NCBI GenBank assembly: GCA_963727445.1
Contig: CAVSGI010000009.1
Location: 256,001-320,000 of the forward strand
DNA: 64,000 nucleotides
Direction: 5' to 3'
DNA from: an uncultured delta proteobacterium
Lineage (GTDB): Bacteria > Myxococcota_A > Polyangia > Polyangiales > B10-G4
A program made the translations under genes and the position numbers. The notes beneath the pieces were generated by a model. The model worked only from the letters and a program-made list of their open reading frames with translations. It was not told the origin of the DNA and ran no database searches. This document shows, piece by piece, positions 56,919-64,000 of this stretch; position 1 is the first letter of the stretch; every line of letters begins with the position of its first letter.

Positions 56919-57799
56919 CCGAGCACGCGCGCGGGATCGAGCGCTGCTGCCAGCGTCTCGATTGTGCGCGAGGCGCCGGTCGCGCGCGCGCCGGCCACCT
57001 CCGTCACGTCCTCGAGGTGCTTGCCGCCGCGCTCCTCGGCGATCCGCCGCGCCACCGCGGCGCGAACACGGCGCATGCGCTCCGGGCCGTCGAGGCGGAT
57101 GGCCAGCCGGGCCCCTTCGCCGTCCATGACGCGGATCTCGCTCCCCACGGATCGCACCCCGCGGCCGCGCATCCACGCGAGCGCCGCCGCCGCTTCGTCG
57201 GGCGCGTCGAAGCGGAAAGCGAGGATCGTCTCGGCGGTCAGAGCGCGCGCCACGAGATGGGCCGAGGTGATCACGCCCAGGCGCCCGCGCGCGCCCACGA
57301 AGGCGCCGATCAGGTCCGGGCCCACCGCTCGGCGCGGCGCGGGACGGATGTGGAGAAGGCGTCCGTCCGGGAGCACCGCCGACAGGCCGGCGACCAGCTG
57401 GTCCACCGGGTCGGCGTCGCGATCCCGCGCCCCAGGCGCACCTTCGGCGAGCCACGCACCCACCGACTGCTCCGCCGCCTGATGCATGCCGAGGGTGAGC
57501 TGCCGTTCTCCGAGCGCCCCCTCGACGTCCGCCAGGGACGCGCCTGCCTCCACGTGCACCAGGAGCGATGCGTCGTCGTAAGCCAAGAGATCCGCCATGC
57601 GTCTGAGATCGATGGTCACCGCGCCGTCGCGCGGCGGCGCGCCCGGTGGGGACATCGGCGCGCCGAGTCGGTTGGCGATCGCGAGAGCGTCCGCGAGCTC
57701 GGCCTCACTCCGCGGCAAGAGCGCCGCGCGCCCCTGCGCTTCTTGAACGGCGCCGGGCATCGCCTCGCGCAGCGCTTCGATCAGCTGATCACGCGCCAT
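56915..57799 (-). CDS. FAD-binding oxidoreductase (GlcE-like)
   Basis: VEAGA, SVGAWLA, APRRAVGPDL..FVGARGRLGVIT. Confidence 0.8.
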   Translation of the reverse strand: MARDQLIEALREAMPGAVQEAQGRAALLPRSEAELADALAIANRLGAPMSPPGAPPRDGAVTIDLRRMADLLAYDDASLLVHVEAGASLADVEGALGERQLTLGMHQAAEQSVGAWLAEGAPGARDRDADPVDQLVAGLSAVLPDGRLLHIRPAPRRAVGPDLIGAFVGARGRLGVITSAHLVARALTAETILAFRFDAPDEAAAALAWMRGRGVRSVGSEIRVMDGEGARLAIRLDGPERMRRVRAAVARRIAEERGGKHLEDVTEVAGARATGASRTIETLAAALDPARVLG

Positions 57800-59396
57800 G
57801 GTTGCCTCGCTGCGCGACGCTCGGCGACGCGGCGCCGATGAGCGCGCCCGGGTTCAGGATGCCGGCCGGATCGAATTCGTCCTTCAGCGTGCGCACCACG
57901 TCGATCGCTACGCCCTGTTCGGCGCGCATCGCTGGCGCCTTGCTCCGCCCGACGCCGTGGTGGTGCGAGAGCGTGCCCCCCGCCGCCACCACCGCTTCGA
58001 GCGCGTCCTTCCACGTCTTGTCGTAGGTCGCGAGCGCCGCGTCCTCGTCGGGCGCCGAGCCCGCGAAGCTGAAATAGATCGACGCGCCGTCGGGATAGGC
58101 GTGGCTGAAGTGCGCCATCACGAAGACGTGCGGGCTCAGCGCGGCCCGCACCGCGTGGTACATCGGCAGCAGGCGCGACCAGGTCGACGCCACCTCCATC
58201 GTGTCCACGAAGGCGCCCCAGGCGTAGAGCGGCGACTGCCGGTAGCTGACGCTGTGGCGGTGGGCGAGCCAGCGTCTGGCGGGTGCTTCGCCGGTGTCGC
58301 GCGCGCCTTCACCGCGCGCGATCTCCGCCGCGAGGGCGAGCTCGGCGTCCGCGAGGTCGGGGTGATCCTCCCAGACCAGCACCATGAGCGCGCCGCCCAG
58401 GGCGCGGTCGGGCAGGGCGTCGATGATGCGATTGAGCGCTTTGGGGCGCCGCAGCGCGCGATTGAGCATCCGCGCCCCCAGGCCCGGCCGGTACGGCCCG
58501 GCCTTTTCGAGCTCCTCCTCCTCGTCCGCCTCCTGCACCGACTCGTCGGCAGGCCCTTTCACGCCGCCACGCCGCGCGAGCATCGTGTCGAAGGGATCGT
58601 AGAGACGCGCCACCGCCGGGCGCAGGCCCGCCTGGAAGATCTTCCGCATGCCGTCGAGGCCCGCTTCCGTGCTCTCGAAGACGAAGGACGCGAAGCGGCG
58701 CGAGGCGGGGGCCGGGGAGATGCGCACCGTGGCCTCGGTGATGATGGCGAGGATCCCTTCGCTGCCCACGACGAGCGGGATCAGCGCCGGCTCGATGCCG
58801 GCGTCGAGGTCGGCCTCGCGGATCTGCCCACCGCCATCGACACAGCGCAGCCCCACCACCATGTCCTCGATCTTCCCGTAACGCCCCGAGCACTGGCCGG
58901 CCGAACGCGCCGCGAGCCAACCGCCGAGGGTCGAGCAATGGATCGACGAGGGAAAGTGGCCGAGGGTGTATCCGCGCGCCGCGAGACCGTCCTCGAGATG
59001 CTGTCCGATGATCCCCGCCTCGATCCGCGCCGTCAGTCGCTCCTCGTCCACGGAGAGGAAGCGCCGCATCCGCTTGAGGTCGATGAGGATCGTCTCCTCG
59101 GTCGGCAGCACGCCGCCGCACACGCCCGAGCCCGCGCCGTAGGGCACGATGGGGATCTTGCGCTCGCGGGCGTAGCCAATGATGTCGACGATCTCTTCGG
59201 TGGTCTCGGGCCAGGCGATCATCGCCGGCGGGGAGGGCGCCGCCACGCCGCTGCGCGTGACGATCTGCTGGCGCGGCCAGAGGTCGCGCGCGTACGCCAC
59301 ACGATCCGCTTCGCCAGCCGACACCCGCCCCCCCACGAGCGCGGAAACGTCGGACAAGACTCCGGACGAGCTCACGCTCGCGTTATACAGGATCAC
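57789..59396 (-). CDS. FAD-linked oxidase (GlcD / alkyl-DHAP synthase-like)
   Basis: PYGAGSGVCGG, GHFPSS, STLGGW, YGKIED, GSEG, HHHGVG, NPG. Confidence 0.88.
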   Translation of the reverse strand: MILYNASVSSSGVLSDVSALVGGRVSAGEADRVAYARDLWPRQQIVTRSGVAAPSPPAMIAWPETTEEIVDIIGYARERKIPIVPYGAGSGVCGGVLPTEETILIDLKRMRRFLSVDEERLTARIEAGIIGQHLEDGLAARGYTLGHFPSSIHCSTLGGWLAARSAGQCSGRYGKIEDMVVGLRCVDGGGQIREADLDAGIEPALIPLVVGSEGILAIITEATVRISPAPASRRFASFVFESTEAGLDGMRKIFQAGLRPAVARLYDPFDTMLARRGGVKGPADESVQEADEEEELEKAGPYRPGLGARMLNRALRRPKALNRIIDALPDRALGGALMVLVWEDHPDLADAELALAAEIARGEGARDTGEAPARRWLAHRHSVSYRQSPLYAWGAFVDTMEVASTWSRLLPMYHAVRAALSPHVFVMAHFSHAYPDGASIYFSFAGSAPDEDAALATYDKTWKDALEAVVAAGGTLSHHHGVGRSKAPAMRAEQGVAIDVVRTLKDEFDPAGILNPGALIGAASPSVAQRGNHGA

Positions 59397-59836
59397 CCCG
59401 GGTCGTGGCGTGGACGCGGAGAGGTCTCCTTGCTTTCGTCCGGCTCGAGCGCGCGGGCGCGGCGCTCGACGAGGTCCGAAAGGGCGACGAAGGGGATGCG
59501 CACCGGGCAGACGCGTTCGAGCTCCTCGAGGTCACCGCGCCTCAAGCTCGCGAGGTAGCGTTTCGCGGCGCCATGGTCCTCCACCCGCCGCGCATAGGCC
59601 CTGACCAGCTCGCTCGGGCCCCGGAAGATGGGGCGTGCCGCCTGATCGTACGCGTCGAAAGCCACGTCGCAGGCGCCGCAGGCCGTGCAGCGCCGGACGG
59701 CCGAGAGGACGGCGAGGTCCGCGGTTTCGAGAGCGGCCTTCGAGGTTTGCTCGGCGGGCGCCTGGGCGGCGCTTTGCTCCACCTCCTGGCCCGCGAGGCG
59801 GCGCAGGGCCGCCTTGAAACGGTCGACCAGGCTCAA
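59393..59836 (-). CDS. Small Fe-S (ferredoxin-like) protein
   Basis: CTACGACD and VCPVRIP. Confidence 0.65.
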   Translation of the reverse strand: MSLVDRFKAALRRLAGQEVEQSAAQAPAEQTSKAALETADLAVLSAVRRCTACGACDVAFDAYDQAARPIFRGPSELVRAYARRVEDHGAAKRYLASLRRGDLEELERVCPVRIPFVALSDLVERRARALEPDESKETSPRPRHDPG

Positions 59837-59902
59837 GGGCCCGTGTCCTTGACGTGGGGGCCCCTGCCCCTACATTTGCTCGACCTGACTTCGCCGAATC
59901 CC

Positions 59903-60568
59903 ATGGCTGAGGATCCCAAAAACCCCACGGTGAACGCCGCGTCCCTCGAGCGGTACTCGGAGGCGGAGCTCCCCACTGAGTACGGCATCTTCCGTGTCTT
60001 CGTCTACCGCGAGGGCGACAAGGAGCACGCTGCCATCGTCCACGGCGACATCGACGGCGCCCCCGACGTCCTGTGCCGGGTTCACAGCGAGTGCCTCACG
60101 GGCGAGGTGCTTCACTCCCTGAAGTGCGACTGCCGCGAGCAGCTCGACCTCGCCATGCGTCGCATCGCCGAGGCCAAGAAGGGCGTCGTGGTCTACCTCC
60201 GCCAGGAGGGTCGGGGCATCGGCCTCGGCAACAAGATTCGCGCGTATGCGCTGCAGGCCCAGGGCGCTGACACCGTGGACGCCAACACCATGCTCGGCTT
60301 CCCCCCCGATCTCCGGCGCTATGACGTCGCGGCGCGCATCCTCGAAGATCTCCGCGTGCGCTCCATCGCCCTGATGACGAACAACCCCGAGAAGGTGGAC
60401 GCGCTGATCGCCGACGGTGTCAACGTCACCCGCCGGGTCAACCACCACGTCGACCCCACGGCCGAGAGCCGCGGCTACCTCGAGACCAAGCGCTCCCGCC
60501 TCGGCCATCACCTCGACCATCTCGGCGACGGCGAGCGTCACGACCTGGCCGAGCTCGACGCCGAGTAG
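59903..60568 (+). CDS. ribA: GTP cyclohydrolase II
   Basis: RVHSECLTGE, CDCREQL, QEGRGIGL, MTNNPEK. Confidence 0.96.
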   Translation: MAEDPKNPTVNAASLERYSEAELPTEYGIFRVFVYREGDKEHAAIVHGDIDGAPDVLCRVHSECLTGEVLHSLKCDCREQLDLAMRRIAEAKKGVVVYLRQEGRGIGLGNKIRAYALQAQGADTVDANTMLGFPPDLRRYDVAARILEDLRVRSIALMTNNPEKVDALIADGVNVTRRVNHHVDPTAESRGYLETKRSRLGHHLDHLGDGERHDLAELDAE

Positions 60569-61551
60569 ACGACCACGTCGTCGCCCTCGACGCGCACCTC
60601 GAAGGTCGGGTTCGATCGTCCGCTGCCCACCTCCGTCAGCACGTCGCCGGTGCGCACGTCGATCTTCCAGCCGTGACCCGGGCAGATCACGACGTGCTCC
60701 TCGATGCGTCCGGTGCAGAGGCTCTGTCCGCTGTGGGGGCAGGCGTCCTCCATGGCGAAGTACTGCCCGGACACGTTGGTGACGAGGATGTCGTAGGGTG
60801 GGTGGGTCAGGCGCGTCAACTCGCCCGGGGCGAGGGCGCTTCGCGGGACGCGACCGAGCTCCTTCAAATTCACCGGTCCATCGGCCTTGGCGCGCTGGAT
60901 CTCGGCCAACAGATCGCTCAGCGCGCTCGTCACCCGCTCGATCCGCTGGTGGACGTCGAGCGCCTCGAGGATCGCCTGACGGTCGCGCGCATCCGCGACC
61001 AGGCGATCGGCGATGGCGTCGGCTACCTGACCCGGGTTCGCGCTTTCATCGAGCCCGAGAGAGAAATCGGGATGCGTTTTCTGGACGACCGCGCTGATCG
61101 CCGATGCGCAGCTCAACAGGCCCGAGACGTCCGGTCCGCGGGCCGCCCCTTCGTCGGGGAGCATCGTGGCCCGGGCGCGGCGATAGGACCGGCCCTCCAT
61201 CGGGAGCTCCTCCAGGCGCGCCCGTCCGAGGCCCACCAGAACCACGTTGTGACGCCCGTCGTCGAGCGCCTCGTGCCAGACGATCCGCCCCACACCGCTC
61301 ACCGGCGCGATCGGCGGCTGACCCTGGTACTGCGCTTCGTGCCCCGGCAGGAGCAGCGTCACCGCCATCGCCTTGGGACCCTTCGTCGTGCAGTCGATGA
61401 TCATCTCGCGATAGCGCGGCTCGAAGAGATGCAGCGGCAGCGCGCTCCCGGGAAAGAAGACCATCTTCGGTAAAGGGAAGACGGGCAGCGCGCTCAGCTC
61501 CTCTGTCGAGAGCGGAGGCAGCTCCTCCGCGGAGGGGACGTCGAGGAACAT
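60538..61551 (-). CDS. LON substrate-binding domain protein in frame with a Rieske ferredoxin domain
   Basis: LPVFPL..FFPG..LPLHLFEPRY; then CPH...CPGHGW; fusion may be an indel artefact. Confidence 0.8.
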   Translation of the reverse strand: MFLDVPSAEELPPLSTEELSALPVFPLPKMVFFPGSALPLHLFEPRYREMIIDCTTKGPKAMAVTLLLPGHEAQYQGQPPIAPVSGVGRIVWHEALDDGRHNVVLVGLGRARLEELPMEGRSYRRARATMLPDEGAARGPDVSGLLSCASAISAVVQKTHPDFSLGLDESANPGQVADAIADRLVADARDRQAILEALDVHQRIERVTSALSDLLAEIQRAKADGPVNLKELGRVPRSALAPGELTRLTHPPYDILVTNVSGQYFAMEDACPHSGQSLCTGRIEEHVVICPGHGWKIDVRTGDVLTEVGSGRSNPTFEVRVEGDDVVVYSASSSARS

Positions 61552-61555
61552 CGCT

Positions 61556-62074
61556 TCAGCCCCAGAGGAGCTTGACCGCGCGAGGCAGGTCCGCCCGTTC
61601 CAGCATCTCGCAACCGCCACAAGAACGGGGGAAGGCCGGCGTGGCGCAGGACTGACACTCACGAATCACCGACACCGTGGAGGCGAGCTCTTCGCGCAGG
61701 CGCCGGAGCTTGGTGATCTTCTGCTGCATCTCGTCGATCTGCCGGCCGAGAATCGCGGACATCTGCTCGCTCGCTTCCTCGGCGCTCGTACAGGTCTCCT
61801 TGAGAGCGAAGAGCTCCTTGATGTCGCACAGGGAGAGGCAGGCCTCGCGCAGATCGAGGATCAGTTGCAGCTTGAGGAGCTCGTCCTCGTCGAACATCCG
61901 GTGCCCACCGTCGGTGCGCGTGGTGGGGCGCAGCAGGCCGGCTTCCTCGTAGAAGCGCACCGTCCGTAGGGTGCTCCCCGTCAGACGGGCCATGTCCCCG
62001 GTCGTCAAGAGGGAGGGCTCCGCCTCGGACTCCTCCGAGCGATGCTCTTGCTCCGCTTCCGCGCCTCGGGTCAC
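61556..62074 (-). CDS. MerR family transcriptional regulator
   Basis: LTTGDMARLTG..RTVRFYEEAGLL...GGHRMF; C-terminal CxxC...CxxC. Confidence 0.92.
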   Translation of the reverse strand: MTRGAEAEQEHRSEESEAEPSLLTTGDMARLTGSTLRTVRFYEEAGLLRPTTRTDGGHRMFDEDELLKLQLILDLREACLSLCDIKELFALKETCTSAEEASEQMSAILGRQIDEMQQKITKLRRLREELASTVSVIRECQSCATPAFPRSCGGCEMLERADLPRAVKLLWG

Positions 62075-62218
62075 GTGAAAAATCCCTTTAGATCCCGTTC
62101 AATTGCTAAGGGAGTGCGGTGCCTCCGTCAAGGGGACGCAACCAAACGGAGGACGAAACGATAAGTGCGTATCACCTCGCCGCGGCTTCGGCCCGGCCCT
62201 TTCGCCAGGAGATCCGCC

Positions 62219-62650
62219 ATGACCACCTTCCGATTCACCCAGCCCGTTCCCGTCGTCAGCAGCGCCACCACCCGCGTGGAGGTCAGCGGTGCGCGGGCCA
62301 CGGCCCCCGGCACGGGGCGTCGTTTCGAGGACGCTCTGACCGTGGGCGCCGGGGTCCTTCTGGACGGCGTCGAGACGGTCTCGGCCGCGGTGCCCGGTGG
62401 CGCCGTCGCCTCGGCCGCCGTGCGTGGCGCCCGTTCAGCGGTCGGGACCGCGACCGCGGGGACCACCACCCCGACCGGCGGTCCCGCCGCCATGGGCACC
62501 AACATTCAGGCGTCCATGATGCAGGACAACATGGCCTTCCTCCAGCTGCAGCAGCAGATGCAGTCCGAAAATCAGCGCTTCACCACCCTGTCCAACGTGC
62601 TCAAGGCCCGTCACGAGACGGCGAAGAACAGCATCAACAACATCCGCTGA
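62219..62650 (+). CDS. Hypothetical protein with T3SS needle/rod-like C-terminal helix
   Basis: ...FLQLQQQMQSENQRFTTLSNVLKARHETAKNSINNIR; AGGAG RBS. Confidence 0.65.
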   Translation: MTTFRFTQPVPVVSSATTRVEVSGARATAPGTGRRFEDALTVGAGVLLDGVETVSAAVPGGAVASAAVRGARSAVGTATAGTTTPTGGPAAMGTNIQASMMQDNMAFLQLQQQMQSENQRFTTLSNVLKARHETAKNSINNIR

Positions 62651-62733
62651 CCCCCGGGTTGAGCGTCGCGGGCGCGCGCGTGCGGGCGCCTTGCGGCGGC
62701 GTTCCCGATTTGGATACCCTCCGGAGGCCTTCG

Positions 62734-63099
62734 ATGAGCTCACCCATCAAACCACCGGGCAAACCGCCCGGCGTCCCCCCTGCCTCGGAGTCCGCCGGCG
62801 GACCTTCGAAGGCGAGCTTCGATGCGGCGCTCGAGCGCACCGCGGAGGCGAAGAACACCGATCAGGCTGGGCAGGTCGTCTCGAGCGAGGCGATCGCGGC
62901 CCTGGCCAAAGACCTCGCGGCCGGCAAGATCGACCCGGCCAAGGCCATCAATCAGCTCGTCGCCCGAGCGCTCGATGGACCGACAGCGTCTGCGCTTCCT
63001 CCCGCTCGCCGCGCGGAGCTCGAGGCGCACCTTCGCCGAGCCCTCTCGGACGACCCCACCCTCGCGGCGCTCACCCAGGACCTCGAACGTGGTGGCTGA
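62734..63099 (+). CDS. Hypothetical protein
   Basis: GGAGG RBS, MSSPIKPPG...DDPTLAAL. Confidence 0.7.
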   Translation: MSSPIKPPGKPPGVPPASESAGGPSKASFDAALERTAEAKNTDQAGQVVSSEAIAALAKDLAAGKIDPAKAINQLVARALDGPTASALPPARRAELEAHLRRALSDDPTLAALTQDLERGG

Positions 63100-64000
63100 A
63101 AGACGCGCACTGCTCATCCTTTCGCTTTCCTTGCTCGCGGCCCTGGCTCCCGAGGCGGCCTCCGCCCAGGAGCCGGTGCGCGTCTACATCATCGCCATCC
63201 CGGCCGACGCCGAGCTCGAGCCCGTCGCTGCGCGGGTAGGTGCCGCGGCCCGCGCCTCCCTCCGCCAGCTCCCGGGCGTCGACTGGGCCGGCGCCGACCG
63301 CAGCTTTCTCGGCTACACCGACTACGTCTACGAGCGCCTGGCGAGCGCACGAGAGAAGCTCGAGTTGGGGCGTCAGCAATATCTCAACCTCGAGCTCGCC
63401 GAGGCCATCGAGACGCTGACTGGCGCCGTCGAGGACTTCGACGCGTCCGCGGCCGCTCTCGAGGACCCCTCGGATCTCGGTGAAGCGCTCCTCTTCCTCG
63501 GTGCCTCTCAGGTCTTCGAAGGACACAACCGGGCCGCACGGCACACCTTCGCGCGCCTGCACATCCAGATGCCCTACCTGGAGCCCGACCCGAACCTCTT
63601 CAATCCGGACATCATCGAGGAGTACGAGCGCGCCGCGCCTCGTGACGCTCAGAACCCGCAGGGCAGCATCACCATCGAGAGCGAGCCCGCTGGCGCCATC
63701 GCTTACGTCGACTACGTGGCGCGCGGACGCACGCCTTTGACGATCGACTCCCTGGCGGCGGGCTCCCACGTGGTTCGCGTCACCCGTCCGGGGGCGACGC
63801 CCTTCGTCCAGGAAGTGACCCTGCGCCGCCGCGGCTCCGAGACCGTCAACGCCTTCCTCGAAGACGCGACGCCCGGGCTGGCCGAGTCCGTTCAGGGCCT
63901 CCGCAACCACGGCCTCGAGACCATCGAAGAGGGGGACGCGCTGTCGCAGATCGCCGCTTCGCTGGAGCTCGACAAGCTCGGCATCATCCAGGTCTCCCGC
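63092..64000 (+). CDS. PEGA domain protein (runs off the window)
   Basis: Signal ...ASAQ; GSITIESEPAGAIAYVD...GRTPL...GSHVVRV; frame open to the edge. Confidence 0.8.
   Translation, partial: MAERRALLILSLSLLAALAPEAASAQEPVRVYIIAIPADAELEPVAARVGAAARASLRQLPGVDWAGADRSFLGYTDYVYERLASAREKLELGRQQYLNLELAEAIETLTGAVEDFDASAAALEDPSDLGEALLFLGASQVFEGHNRAARHTFARLHIQMPYLEPDPNLFNPDIIEEYERAAPRDAQNPQGSITIESEPAGAIAYVDYVARGRTPLTIDSLAAGSHVVRVTRPGATPFVQEVTLRRRGSETVNAFLEDATPGLAESVQGLRNHGLETIEEGDALSQIAASLELDKLGIIQVSR

Overview
High-GC window (roughly 70% by eye) whose gene content points, by inference, to a myxobacterium (Myxococcota, Polyangiales-like): many Cys-rich lipoproteins, a MYXO-CTERM-like tail, a Ser/Thr kinase and a PEGA protein. 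Recognisable genes: hybrid histidine kinase, cardiolipin synthase, MscS, APC permease, a ~9.6 kb caa3-oxidase/Rieske-cytochrome b/c respiratory operon, GH63-like glucosidase with glucose dehydrogenase, GST, WS/DGAT, L,D-transpeptidase, acyP, rpmE, prfA, ribA and a MerR regulator. The main accessory signal is a ~1.43 kb element encoding an HUH/Y1 (RAYT-like) tyrosine transposase, in two near-identical direct copies (35859-37290, 49279-50713). It is bounded by ~25 bp terminal inverted repeats that are tandemly reiterated differently at each end. It has a structured ~250 nt 3' non-coding region whose differences between copies fit the predicted fold. Relics nearby are a solo left end, a scrambled mini-derivative and an internal fragment, next to patchworks of gene fragments. 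Other signals: two back-to-back ~160 nt hairpins on opposite strands sharing a GACGAAG...TTCGAGGAG core (3375-3700), and two sigma54-type promoters 42 kb apart with the same TGGACCA repeat cluster at the same distance. Several single-base frameshifts may be sequencing errors. No rRNA, tRNA or CRISPR array was seen. All family calls come from motif reading and recall, not database searches.
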